Below, one piece after another: positions 39,368 to 50,206 of a stretch of DNA of 64,000 nt. The position numbers were made by a program, and so were the translations under genes. The notes beneath the pieces are model-generated. The model was given only the letters and a program-made list of their open reading frames with translations. It did no database searches and was not told where the DNA came from. Location: positions 64,001 to 128,000 of the forward strand of contig CAWDXE010000004.1 in the NCBI GenBank assembly GCA_963806185.1, in the 5' to 3' direction. Origin of the DNA: an uncultured candidate division Zixibacteria bacterium. Lineage in GTDB: Bacteria; Zixibacteria; MSB-5A5; GN15; FEB-12. The first letter of the stretch is position 1. Each line of letters starts with the position of its first letter.

Positions 39368-40722
39368 CATCACCGCGCGATTTCCCCGCCGTCGAGGAAT
39401 TATTGCAGGCGCCGGCCCTGACGGAAAACGTCCGCCTGCCCCGGCCGATCGTCGCCCGGATAATTCGCGACACCGTCAATCGGGCGAAGGACGATATCAA
39501 GGCCGGAAAGTCGCTCACGATCGAGCGATTGCAATCCGTCATTCGCCGTGAGATAGACGATGCCCAGCGCTCGATGATCACGCGCGTCATCAACGCCACC
39601 GGCATCGTCGTGCACACCAATCTCGGCCGCTCGCCGCTCACGACGAGTCTCTTTGACAGCATCCGCGATGCCGTTTCCGGCTACTGCAATATTGAATTCA
39701 ATCTGGCGTCCGGCCAGCGAGGGAGCCGGGGAGAGGCCTGCGAGGAGTTTCTGGCAAAGCTCGCCGACGCCGAAGCCGGTACCGTGGTCAATAACTGTGC
39801 CGCCGCCCTCTTCATCTCGTTGTGCGCTCTTGCCAAAGGAAAATATGTCATCATTTCGCGAGGAGAACTCGTGCAGATCGGCGGCGGCTTTCGCATACCC
39901 GATATTCTGCGCGCCTCCGGCGCCAGACTGCGTGAGATTGGCACCACCAACATCACGACTCTCAAGGATTATCGCGATGCTGTCGATGACAAAGTGGCCC
40001 TCATCCTGCGAGTGCACAAAAGCAACTTCGTCCAGGCCGGCTTCACCGAAGATGTCTCGCTCAAAGTTTTGGTCGCCCTCGGCCGGGAGCACAACATCCC
40101 CGTCCTCAACGACCTCGGCAGCGGCGTTTTTGTCTCCACCCAACCGCTTCTTGGTTACAACGAGCCGACGGTTGAACAATCGGTGCGAGCCGGGGCCGAC
40201 CTCACCTGCTTCTCCGGCGACAAACTACTTGGCGGCGTTCAGGGTGGACTGATTGTCGGTCGCAAAGACCTCGTCCTGCGAATTAAGAAACACCCGCTCT
40301 TCCGCACGGTCCGAGTTGACAAGATTGTTCTCGCCGCGTTTGAACGCCTCCTCGCATCCTATCTGGACGGCACTCACGAAACCGAAGTCAGGCTCTGGTC
40401 GAACCTGGCTGTTCCCTTCGAGGAACTGGAACGCCGCGCTACAGCCATCGTCGCATCGCTGGGGAAACCGGACGATATAGCCGTTGTCCCGCTCTCCGGT
40501 TATGTCGGCGGCGGCGCCCTGCCCGAAATTCCCGTGCCGTCGTGCGGACTTCGCTTGACCTCGCGCATCAAAGCAGAGACAGCCCTGCGCCTTCTTCGCG
40601 AAGGGAGCGTACCCATCATCGCCCGCATCGAAGACGATGCCTTGATTCTGGATCTGCGGACTGTTGACCCTGCCGACGATACGGGTGTTACGCAGGCGCT
40701 GCAACAAGTGATGCGCTCGTAA
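39349..40722 (+). CDS. selA: L-seryl-tRNA(Sec) selenium transferase
   Basis: VINATGIVVHTNLGRS, VNNCAAA, SRGELVQIGGGFRIP, FSGDKLLGG. Confidence 0.96.
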   Translation: MAEKQITSPRDFPAVEELLQAPALTENVRLPRPIVARIIRDTVNRAKDDIKAGKSLTIERLQSVIRREIDDAQRSMITRVINATGIVVHTNLGRSPLTTSLFDSIRDAVSGYCNIEFNLASGQRGSRGEACEEFLAKLADAEAGTVVNNCAAALFISLCALAKGKYVIISRGELVQIGGGFRIPDILRASGARLREIGTTNITTLKDYRDAVDDKVALILRVHKSNFVQAGFTEDVSLKVLVALGREHNIPVLNDLGSGVFVSTQPLLGYNEPTVEQSVRAGADLTCFSGDKLLGGVQGGLIVGRKDLVLRIKKHPLFRTVRVDKIVLAAFERLLASYLDGTHETEVRLWSNLAVPFEELERRATAIVASLGKPDDIAVVPLSGYVGGGALPEIPVPSCGLRLTSRIKAETALRLLREGSVPIIARIEDDALILDLRTVDPADDTGVTQALQQVMRS

Positions 40723-40736
40723 GGAAGGATGGCGCG

Positions 40737-42638
40737 ATGATCGTCATCGGCACAGCCGGCCATATCGATCACGGCAAATCTTCGATCGTCAAACGCCTCA
40801 CCGGCACCGACCCGGATCGCCTCCCCGAGGAACAAGCGCGCGGCATGACCATTGACCTCGGCTTCGCCTTCTACCATACGCCGGACAACAGCACGATTGC
40901 TTTTGTCGACGTTCCTGGTCACGAGCGCTTCGTGAAAAATATGATTGCCGGCGCCGGAGGTATCGATGCCGTTATGCTCGTCGTCGCTGCGGACGATGGC
41001 TGGATGCCCCAGACTCAAGAGCATTTCCAGATCACCCGACTGCTCGGCATTCGCCACGGCTTCATCGTCATTAATAAGTCAGACTTGGCCGAACCCGACT
41101 GGCTCGAGTTGCTGGAACAGGAGTTGCACTCCCGCGTCGACGGGACATTCCTCGCCGACGCGCCCATATTTCGCGTGTCGTCGCAGACCGGCGAAGGCTT
41201 CGACAAACTCTCCGCTTATCTCAATGCGCTTCCCAACGCCATCACCGCCCGACGCGACATCGGCAAGGCCCGCCTTTATATCGATCGCTCCTTCGTGCGA
41301 CAGGGAATAGGCGGAGTGGTCACTGGGACTCTGCGAGGGGGCACCTTGTCAGCGGGCCAGTCAGTCGGCGTCTGGCCCTCCGGACGTACTGCAAAAATCC
41401 GCTCCCTGCACTCAGCCAATCAGCAGGTCGACACTGCCACCCCCGGCCAGCGCACAGCCGTTGCACTCACCGGCATCGACAAGGAACACCTTGTCCGTGG
41501 CGGCGTCATCTCAGCTCGAGAAGACCTCTCCTATTTCCAGCATCACCCGGTGCTGGCGCTTTCGGTTGAAATGCTCCACGACGCCGCCGTTCCGCTCGAT
41601 GATCGCCGGCGTGTTTTGCTTATCGTCGGCACTACCGAAGCTGAGGGCGAAATCCGCATTTTCGATGACGATCGGATTGCCCCCGGCAAACAGGGCCTCG
41701 CCTGGTTTCGACCTGATCTGCCGGTCTACACGTTGGTCGGCGATCACGGTATCCTCCGCCTTCCCACCCCCATGCTCACCCTTGGTGGCGCTATCGTGCT
41801 CGATCACCTCGCCCGCTTTCCCAGGCGCTCAGAACTGACGAACTGCGCCCATTTGAAAGAGCGTTCCGATCCGGCTCCTCGTACCCTCATCCTCTCCGAA
41901 CTTCACAAACTGATCATGGCCCCGCTCGATACTCTATTACTGAATGCGGATATCGCCTATCGTGACGTTTCTGATGAAATTGAATCCTTGATTGCCGCCG
42001 GAAATGTTGCCCGCTTCGAAAACTTCGTGTATGACAAGAATCGTGTCGCCGTTGTCGCACAGCAGCTCACTGACGCCGTCGCCGCCTACTTGAAGGACCA
42101 CCCCCACGAAAAAGGAGTTTCGCTCGAAACGACTGCAACCGTGACGGGGCATGATCGTCCTCTGGTACAGACCATTGTCAATCACCTGCTCGCCGAGGGG
42201 AGGATTGTCCTCGTGGGCGACGTGTACAATCTCGCCGGCCGCAATATGAGTCTCAAGGGCATCGTAAAAGAGGCCCACGACAAAATCATGCGCGAACTGA
42301 CCTCTTCACCCTCTGCACCGCCATCGCTCGAGTCGCTCGCCGTCGGCAAAATCAACCAGCAGGCCATTAAATTCATTCTCGATACTGGCGAGGGACACAA
42401 AATCGGCAGCGAATTCATCCTTCTCGCCACTGTCTGGAATGATGTCGTCACGTTCGTTCGCGAACGCATCGCCGCCGCCGGTAAGCTGCTGGTGGCCGAT
42501 CTTCGCGACCGCTTTGGCTTCAGCCGCAAATTCGCCATTCCCATCCTTGAAGAGACCGACCGGCTTAAACTGACTCGCCGCGAGGGCGACATCCGCGTCA
42601 AAGGAGAATTATTCGATGAACCGCCTTCTGCTCTATAA
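40737..42638 (+). CDS. selB: Selenocysteine-specific elongation factor
   Basis: GTAGHIDHGKS, DRLPEEQARGMTIDLGF, DVPGHERF; C-terminal SRKFAIPILE..D winged-helix motif. Confidence 0.96.
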   Translation: MIVIGTAGHIDHGKSSIVKRLTGTDPDRLPEEQARGMTIDLGFAFYHTPDNSTIAFVDVPGHERFVKNMIAGAGGIDAVMLVVAADDGWMPQTQEHFQITRLLGIRHGFIVINKSDLAEPDWLELLEQELHSRVDGTFLADAPIFRVSSQTGEGFDKLSAYLNALPNAITARRDIGKARLYIDRSFVRQGIGGVVTGTLRGGTLSAGQSVGVWPSGRTAKIRSLHSANQQVDTATPGQRTAVALTGIDKEHLVRGGVISAREDLSYFQHHPVLALSVEMLHDAAVPLDDRRRVLLIVGTTEAEGEIRIFDDDRIAPGKQGLAWFRPDLPVYTLVGDHGILRLPTPMLTLGGAIVLDHLARFPRRSELTNCAHLKERSDPAPRTLILSELHKLIMAPLDTLLLNADIAYRDVSDEIESLIAAGNVARFENFVYDKNRVAVVAQQLTDAVAAYLKDHPHEKGVSLETTATVTGHDRPLVQTIVNHLLAEGRIVLVGDVYNLAGRNMSLKGIVKEAHDKIMRELTSSPSAPPSLESLAVGKINQQAIKFILDTGEGHKIGSEFILLATVWNDVVTFVRERIAAAGKLLVADLRDRFGFSRKFAIPILEETDRLKLTRREGDIRVKGELFDEPPSAL

Positions 42639-44199
42639 CGGATTCATCCTCACGCAGGCCAAAAGTGTCATCGCTGACTCCATCGCCATTGAACGCGGCA
42701 TGATCGTCGCCGTCGGCCGCCGCCTCGAGAACGACCCCGTCTTCACGTCATTTTCCCGGTACAATCTGAAAGGGAAGACCGTCATCCCCGGCCTTGTCGA
42801 CGCTCACACCCACTTCTACTACTATGCCCTTTCGCTCGGCCGCGTGTCTTTGCACGGCACGAAATCCATAGCTGAATGCCTCGCGCGTATTAGAACGTTC
42901 TGCAAATCACTCCCCAAAGATGCCTGGGTCGTTGGCGAAGGGTACCGCCCCGATGAATTCACCCCTCGTCGCGAACCCGACCGCCTTCAACTCGATTCCG
43001 TCACCGGCGGCCGCCCCGCTTTCATCTTCTCGAAAGATGAACACACCGCCTGGGTGAACTCGAAAGCGCTCGAACTTGCCGGCATCACCACTCGCACGGC
43101 AGAGCCCGACGGCGGCCAGATCGTTCGTTTCCCCGACCGTTCCCCCAGCGGTCTGCTCCGCGAGGGTCCGGCCTACCTACGCGTTTTCGACCGCATCCCG
43201 CCGGTGCAAAAGAAATCGACCGATCGCCTTTATCAACGCGCGCTTGAAATCGCCTGGCGCAAGGGAGTCACCGGTGTTCATTCGTTCGACGGCCCTGACG
43301 GATTCGCGTATTTCGCCACCCGCGCCGAGAAGCGAAAACTCGGCCTGCGCATCACGCACTATCCCGGTGTGAAACTGCTCCCGGAGCTTCTGAAAACCAA
43401 AACCGTCTTCGGCACAGGCGACGATTTCCTGCGCATCGCCGGAGTCAAAATCTTCGCCGATGGTTCCCTCGGCAGCCAGTCCGCCCTGATGTTTAAGGGG
43501 TATGAAAAAGACAGGAAGAATCGCGGCCTCGAGGTGACCTCCACCGCCACACTTGTTCGTCTCGCCAGACAAGCCGCCCGCCTCGGCCTCCCGTGCGCCG
43601 TTCACGCTATCGGCGATAAGGCGGTTGCTAATGTTCTCGACGCCTTCGCACAGCTTCCGCCGCTCAAGAACGGCGCCCGCCATCGCATCGAACATGTGCA
43701 ATGCATACGCCCTGCCGATATCAAACGAATGAAACAGCTCAACATTATCGCCTCCGTCCAACCGTCACACTGTCCGTCCGACATTAACATGGTCCGCGAA
43801 CACTGGGGCGAACGCGGCCGCAACGCCTACGTCTTCCGCTCGCTTCTCGACGCCGGCATCGACCTCTGCTTTGGCTCCGATGTGCCTATCGAGCCGCTCG
43901 ATCCCTCGGCCGGAATCGCCGCCGCCGTGCGACGCGCCCGCCCCGGCAGCGGCGACCGCTTCTATCCCGAGCAGTCTCTCACCCCCGCTGAAGCTCTCTA
44001 CCGCTTCACCGTCGGCCCGGCGTTGGCGGCAGGTCAAATCAACTCGCACGGCTTTTTGTTGCCCGGTTTCAAAGCCGATCTGGCCATCTTGCCGGATAAT
44101 CCGCTGAAAATCGCCGCCAGTCGGCTCTACACGCTTCCCGTTCTGGCAACCATGCTCGACGGCCGCTTCGTGTACGCCGATTCGTCACTCAAACTGTAG
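42616..44199 (+). CDS. Amidohydrolase_3 family (YtcJ-like)
   Basis: PGLVDAHTH, KIFADGSLGS, HAIGD, RHRIEH, FGSDVP. Confidence 0.9.
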   Translation: MNRLLLYNGFILTQAKSVIADSIAIERGMIVAVGRRLENDPVFTSFSRYNLKGKTVIPGLVDAHTHFYYYALSLGRVSLHGTKSIAECLARIRTFCKSLPKDAWVVGEGYRPDEFTPRREPDRLQLDSVTGGRPAFIFSKDEHTAWVNSKALELAGITTRTAEPDGGQIVRFPDRSPSGLLREGPAYLRVFDRIPPVQKKSTDRLYQRALEIAWRKGVTGVHSFDGPDGFAYFATRAEKRKLGLRITHYPGVKLLPELLKTKTVFGTGDDFLRIAGVKIFADGSLGSQSALMFKGYEKDRKNRGLEVTSTATLVRLARQAARLGLPCAVHAIGDKAVANVLDAFAQLPPLKNGARHRIEHVQCIRPADIKRMKQLNIIASVQPSHCPSDINMVREHWGERGRNAYVFRSLLDAGIDLCFGSDVPIEPLDPSAGIAAAVRRARPGSGDRFYPEQSLTPAEALYRFTVGPALAAGQINSHGFLLPGFKADLAILPDNPLKIAASRLYTLPVLATMLDGRFVYADSSLKL

Positions 44200-44224
44200 T
44201 CCATACTGGACTGTCCGATTCACG

Positions 44225-44253
44225 TTGACATTGGCGTTGCACCGGATCATATT
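44225..44253 (+). promoter_or_regulatory. sigma70-type promoter of nfeD-SPFH
   Basis: TTGACA-N17-CATATT. Confidence 0.6.
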
Positions 44254-44274
44254 GTGTGAAAACGGAGTGATGCC

Positions 44275-45625
44275 ATGAAACGAATATTGCTCCTGCTCAC
44301 GCTTTCTCTTTGCCTTATTCTGGGAATTGTATCGTTAACGCTGCAGACGGTGCGAGCCATCGACGACTCGACTAAGTCGACTGATTCCCTGCCGCCCACT
44401 GTCTGGCAGGCCAGCGCCAGCCAACCGGTCTACACGCTGACTATCGACGGCGCGATCGGCGCGGTCACTGACGACCGCATCGGCGAGGCGATTGACAAGG
44501 CTAACGAGAATAACGCGCAGTTGCTGGTGGTCTTCCTTGATACGCCCGGCGGTTTCACCAAACCGACCTGGTCGATTATCAAGAAATTCCTCAACAGCCC
44601 TATTCCCGTGGCGGTCTTTGTCTACCCCTCCGGCGCACGCGCCGGCTCGGCCGGCGTCTATATGACCTACGCCGCCCACTTTGCCGCCATGGCGCCGTCG
44701 ACCAATATCGGCGCCGCCCACCCGGTCGGCGGCGGGGGAGAGAAGATCGATTCGGTGATGAACGAAAAAATCACCAACGACGCCACTGCCCAGATTCGCG
44801 CCTTGGCCGCCAAGCGCAATCGCAACGCCGGCTGGGCCGAACGGGCGGTGCGCCAATCGGTGTCCATCACGAATCAGGAGGCGCTCGACTCCAACGTCAT
44901 CGAATTCATCGCCGTCGATCTCAACGATCTCCTGCGCCAGCTCGAGGGCAAGGAAACCGACGTCCCGGCAGGGAAGAGAGTGCTCAAGACGGTCGGTGCC
45001 CCCGTCGTCAACATCGAGTACAGCTTCAAACACAAACTTCTCGATATCCTCACCTCGCCCGACATCGCCTTCATTCTTTTCTCCATTGGCGGTCTCGGCA
45101 TCGTGCTGGAGCTCTACAACCCCGGCTCGATCTTCCCCGGTGTGATCGGCGCGATCAGCCTGATTCTCGCTTTCTATTCTTTCCAGACATTGCCCATCAA
45201 TTGGGCGGGGGTGGCGCTTATCTTGCTCGCCCTTGTCTTGTTCATTGCAGAGATCAAAATCGTCAGCCACGGTCTGCTCACCGTCGGTGGCGTGATCTCC
45301 TTGTTCTTAGGGGGCCTTATGCTCATCAATTCGGTTGATCCGGTCATGCGCGTCTCGTATTCGGTGCTCATTACCACCGTCGTGCTGATCGGCATCTCCG
45401 TCGGCCTTGCCACCTGGCTGGTGATCAAGGCGTCAAAGCACAAACCGTTCACCGGCCGCAGCGCGCTGATCGGCCGGGTCGCGGAGGTTCGCGCGGGCGG
45501 CTTTGTGTTTGTCGAGGGCGCGCTCTGGAAATACGCCGCCACCGAGCCGCTGTGCTCCGGGCGACAAAGTTGAAATTGTGGATGTGACGGATTTAACATT
45601 AAAGGTGAAGAGGGTGACATCATGA
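44275..45625 (+). CDS. NfeD-family membrane-bound serine protease (frameshift near 45552)
   Basis: [32 protein letters not shown]; shifted frame gives [16 protein letters not shown] ending at an ATGA overlap. Confidence 0.88.
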
Positions 45626-46405
45626 ACGAAGGTGGGAATTTTCTGGCGTTTCCCGTGCTGGCGGTAATCGTCCTGTTTGTGCTGATACTGCTGGTCAATA
45701 TGCTCAAGATTCTCCGCGAGTACGAGCGCGGCGTTATTTTCCGGCTTGGCCGCCTGATCGGCGCCAAGGGGCCGGGGCTGATCATCCTGATCCCGATTGT
45801 CGATAAGATGGTGCGCGTCGATTTGCGTACGATCACCTACGACGTTCCGCCGCAGGATGTGATCACGCGCGACAACGTCTCGGTGAAAGTCAACGCGGTG
45901 GTGTATTTCCAGGTGATCGACGCCAACAAGGCGATCATTTCGGTCGCCAATTTCTTCGAGGCGACGTCGCAGATTGCGCAGACGACCTTGCGCTCGGTGC
46001 TGGGCCAGCTTGAACTCGACGATCTCCTGATGAATCGCGACAAGATCAACGCTCAACTTGCAGACGATCATCGATGCCCAGACCGAGCCGTGGGGTGTGA
46101 AGGTGTCGGTGGTGGAGGTGAAGAATGTCGACTTCACGCCGGAGATGACGCGCGCGATGGCTCGTCAGGCGGAGGCCGAGCGCGAACGTCGTTCGAAGAT
46201 CATTCATGCCGAGGGTGAGGCGCAGGCGGCGACGCGTTTGGCCGAGGCGGCGAATATCATTAGCGCCGCGCCGGGTTCGATGCAGTTGCGTTTCTTGTCG
46301 ACGCTGGTCGAGATTTCCTCGGAGAAGAACTCGACGATTATCTTCCCGGTCCCGATCGACCTGATCGAAACCTTCCGCAAAACGCTGGAAGGGAAGAAGG
46401 AGTAG
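45622..46405 (+). CDS. SPFH/stomatin (slipin) protein (frameshift near 46058)
   Basis: [48 protein letters not shown]. Confidence 0.92.
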
Positions 46406-46435
46406 GGGGATTCTGGGGGAATTGGGTAAGGAATT

Positions 46436-46517
46436 GTAGGTCAGGCTTCTATGTCCATTTGATCAAGAAGCCTGACATGGTAGGGGAGCTGTGCCGTCAG
46501 GCCCCCGCGCCTGACGG
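46436..46517. repeat. Two REP-like palindromes
   Basis: GTAG-GTCAGGCTTCT...AGAAGCCTGAC and CCGTCAGGC-ccccgc-GCCTGACGG. Confidence 0.75.
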
Positions 46518-46588
46518 AGGGGGAAGAGCAGGTCAAGCAGCTTTACGCACTGGACTTCTCTCGTAATGATGCGCAAGGGGATTACAGC

Positions 46589-48248
46589 ATGATCGTGCCA
46601 TCACCTCTCATCGATGACATCTTGGCTGCTCAGTGTTTGCCCTTTATCGGAGCCGGCTTCTCGAAAAATGCACAACTTGCGGATGGGAGGCGATTGCCGG
46701 ATTGGAACGAACTTACGCATGCAATAGCGTACGACACTGGGATAGACGAATCACTAGGGGGGCCGGCAGTTGCTGGCGAGTTCGAAAGGCAGTTTGGGCG
46801 CGTTGGTCTTATCGAACGAGTGCGTAGAGAGTTAGACGTAACCAACGCCGAAGTGGGGCAAGCGCACCGAGTATTTGTTGATCTGCCGTTCGATACGATT
46901 TACACAACAAACTTTGACTTGTTGCTCGAGAAAGCCTATGACCAAGTGCACAGGCCCTATCGTAGCTTGGTTGGGAACTTCAGATGCCCTTTCATGCCGG
47001 TCCAACATTCGCAAATATAGTGAAGATGCACGGGGACCTCCGGCATGAAGAGAACATTACCATAACAAAGCAAGATTACGACGATTATTTGAATAAATAC
47101 CCCGTAATATCTACGCATCTTTCAGCCATGCTAATCACGAGAACGGCATTGTTCATCGGCTATGGTTTGTCTGACCACAATTTTAATCAGATTCGCGAAG
47201 TCGTGCATTCGCGGTTGGGCCGGTTTCCAACGAATGGCATATCTTGTGCAGTTTGATGCAAATAGAGATGTCATTGAATCCTCACTCAGCGTTGGAATTC
47301 ATGTGTTGAATCTCAAATCGCGAAAAGGCGCCACAAAGGACAAGTTGCTGGGGGAGTTATTTAGAAAGATTCGTGCGGAATTGGAGGTTCGCGCTGGCAA
47401 ACAACTGCGGCATCTCAAAGCCTGAAGCTTTCGAAAAGGTACCCGAGGAAGTGTTGGAAGAGGCAGCTAAAGAGCCGCAATCCTCAAGTAGTTCAGCCAG
47501 CACCTCGAATGTCTGCTTCGTATTGATGCCATTTGATCCAAAGTATTCGGTGAATATCATGAGTTGATCCGTCCTTGTGTTGAGCGTGCAGGATTGATGG
47601 CATTTCGCGCCGACGAGTATAACCGCCGGTGGCGCGATCCTTGAACAGATTCGGAGCGCAATTCGACAATCGCGGCTAATCATCACCGACTTAACTGGCA
47701 TGAATCCAAACGTCATGTATGAATTGGGAATCGTGCAGTCGCTCGATAAACCGGTGATTATCCTTGCCCAGAACCTAAAGGAGGTCCCCTTTGACGTCCG
47801 TCACATGAGGATAATAGAGTACGACCCGTCGCCAGAGGGATTGGTAAAGGCGCAGGCTGTGCTATCATCTTCAATTCAGTTTACTGTGGGACATGCACAA
47901 CTTGAGGAAGCCAAGAAACTGATAAGTGATAGTCACTTCCGCGCAGCCGTTGCCAGCCTGGGTGTAGTCATGGAGCACGCTCTTCTGCAGCTGGCATTAA
48001 AGAGGCGAGTGCCGAAGAGACGCGTCGATGAACTTGCAGGCACCCGCCTCTCCAGTGGACGGGCAATCGATGTATTGGCCAAAGCTAAGGCGTTAACAGC
48101 GGCGGAAGAGCACGATCTGAAGCAAGCGCTGAGGGTCCGCAATCGCGCCGTCCATGAGTTGGACCCTGTTAGCAAGACCGACGCAGTGCGTTTCCTCAAA
48201 GTTGTTGAGAATCTTGTAACGAAATATTCCGTTTTGCTTGACGATTAG
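46589..48248 (+). CDS. SIR2-like + nucleoside-deoxyribosyltransferase/TIR-like + HEPN fusion, ~550 aa when five frameshifts are corrected (may be a pseudogene)
   Basis: SIR2: FIGAGFS, YTTNFD, KMHGD, LFIGYGLSD; middle: CFVLMPF..RADE..ILEQI..IITDLTGMNPNVMYELG..VPFDV; C-terminal VVMEHAL...RNRAVH (RxxxxH). Confidence 0.75.
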
Positions 48249-48316
48249 TAGTTGAGGCGACAGTCGCAAGATACCCCCCACTTGCCCCCTCGCCCCAAAT
48301 CCCCCATCTTACCCCC

Positions 48317-49135
48317 ATGTCCTCCTCCGCCGACCAGACCCTCGAACTCCTCTTCCTGATCTGCGCCTCTCTCTTTCCGGCCGTCTTTCTCATCGCCCGC
48401 GCCTGGATGCTCGACAAACACGAACCCGAACCCATCACCGTCGTCGCCAGCGTCGTCATCGTCGGCCTCGTCCTTCCGCTCATCGCCTACTGGCCCGAAA
48501 TGCTCATGTCACGCCTGATCGCCGCCCTGCATCTCTCCACCACCGCCACCGGTTTGCTCGACGCTTTCTTTGTCGCCGGACTCATCGAAGAATTGGCCAA
48601 GCTCGCCCTCTTCATGGCCATGATCTGGCCCAATGCAAATTTCAACGAACCGTTCGACGGCATGATCTACGCTGTCGCCATCGCGATGGGTTTCGCCGGT
48701 CTGGAGAACATTCTCTACGTGATGATCCGCTGGTTCGGCGACGATGCCGCCTCGGCCTGGGCGGTCGTGCAGGCCCGCTCCCTGCTCGCCGTCCCGCAAC
48801 ACGCCATCTGCGGCATGTTCATGGGGTATTTCCTCGGTCTGGCCAAATTCACGACGCACCGCAAGACGCGCCTTCAAATGCTCGCGCTCGCTTTGGTTGT
48901 CCCGTTCCTTTTGCACGGCATCTACGACGCCATTCTGGTCCTCTTCCGCGAACGCGGCACGCTCCTCTGTCTCGTCCTTCTGGCCGTCCAATACTGGATC
49001 GCGCGCAATCTGGCCACCCGCCTGGTCGCCCTCTCGCCGTTCATCCCCACCGGCAAATCCCGCCTCTATGCCCGTGTCGGACGGACCCGCCCAACCGTTT
49101 TTACCACCCGCTACCGCTGGCCCTGGCAGCGGTAA
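48317..49135 (+). CDS. PrsW-family intramembrane glutamic protease
   Basis: DKHEPEP, IEELAK, FNEPFDG, GFAGLEN, PQHA, LHGIYD. Confidence 0.92.
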   Translation: MSSSADQTLELLFLICASLFPAVFLIARAWMLDKHEPEPITVVASVVIVGLVLPLIAYWPEMLMSRLIAALHLSTTATGLLDAFFVAGLIEELAKLALFMAMIWPNANFNEPFDGMIYAVAIAMGFAGLENILYVMIRWFGDDAASAWAVVQARSLLAVPQHAICGMFMGYFLGLAKFTTHRKTRLQMLALALVVPFLLHGIYDAILVLFRERGTLLCLVLLAVQYWIARNLATRLVALSPFIPTGKSRLYARVGRTRPTVFTTRYRWPWQR

Positions 49136-49250
49136 GGGATGGCCAAAAATCTTCATCCGGCCGTCACTTTTTTGACTCCCTGACAGTTCCTGACTTGAGT
49201 CGCCGGCCCCGCTTGTCGATACTTCGGGTATGTATCTAAAGGAGTCCACC

Positions 49251-49970
49251 ATGACCGTTCCCGGCATCGCGCGGCCCGATTTTACGAAACTGGACCGCCG
49301 CGCCCGCGCCTTCAAGCTGTTGCTGATTGCCGTCATTGTCATGTCGGTCGCATCTCTGTTGTCGACGGCGCTTGAGATCAAGCTCCTGTTCGACGCCAAA
49401 ATCGGCTTGCCGGTGTATGAGACCGAACTGGAGACCAACGATCTGCGGGAACTGGCCGTTGGGGTGATGTATTTCATCACCCTGATTTCCATGTATATCG
49501 CTATGGCCCTCTGGATGTACACTGCCTACGGCAACTTGCACTACCTGACCGGTGAACTCCCCCCGAAAACTCCCCGCATGGCCGCCCTCGCCTTTTTCAT
49601 TCCGCTCTACAATCTCATTAATGTCCCCCGGCGCTTCAAAGAGCTGGCCGAGGAAAGCACGCCGCCTAGCCTGTCACGCTACCTTCAGACCACCAGCCCT
49701 CACATCCATATGAATTGGTTTTACTTTCTTCTGGTCTTAGCCGGTGGTTTGGAACGCGTCGGTTTTCGCCTGCCCGGCAATGATCCAACCATTAGCCAGA
49801 TGCTCACCGGCGATTACCTGGTTGCCAGCTCGGACATTATCACTGCTGTTGCTTGTGTTGCCGGTCTCAGGGGGGTCCGCCAGATCACTCGACTTCAATT
49901 GACCCCTCGTTCCGCTCCAGCCACCAAACCAGCCCAAACACCGCGGTCGATTCCACCGTCGGTCAATTGA
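49251..49970 (+). CDS. DUF4328-like membrane protein
   Basis: WMYTAYGNL...FFIPLYNL..P...KEL pattern, four TM segments; AAGGAG SD before 49251 (alternative ATG at 49230). Confidence 0.65.
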   Translation: MTVPGIARPDFTKLDRRARAFKLLLIAVIVMSVASLLSTALEIKLLFDAKIGLPVYETELETNDLRELAVGVMYFITLISMYIAMALWMYTAYGNLHYLTGELPPKTPRMAALAFFIPLYNLINVPRRFKELAEESTPPSLSRYLQTTSPHIHMNWFYFLLVLAGGLERVGFRLPGNDPTISQMLTGDYLVASSDIITAVACVAGLRGVRQITRLQLTPRSAPATKPAQTPRSIPPSVN

Positions 49971-50206
49971 AGTTTCGTCTTTCCCTGGCCGGGTCCGCCG
50001 GTCTTCAAATTCCTATCAGATGCGCCCCCATGTCGCCCCAAGCCAAGTCGCAGCGCGACGAGACGCCCGTTCATTGGTCCAACCCGGCCAGCCCCATCAT
50101 CGCCCGCATACCTCCACAATCCGGGAACCTCATGCCGCTTGACGTGTTTAAAACCAAATATCGCCGCACTCACACGATAACCGGTCCATCACTCGGAGGA
50201 GTATAC

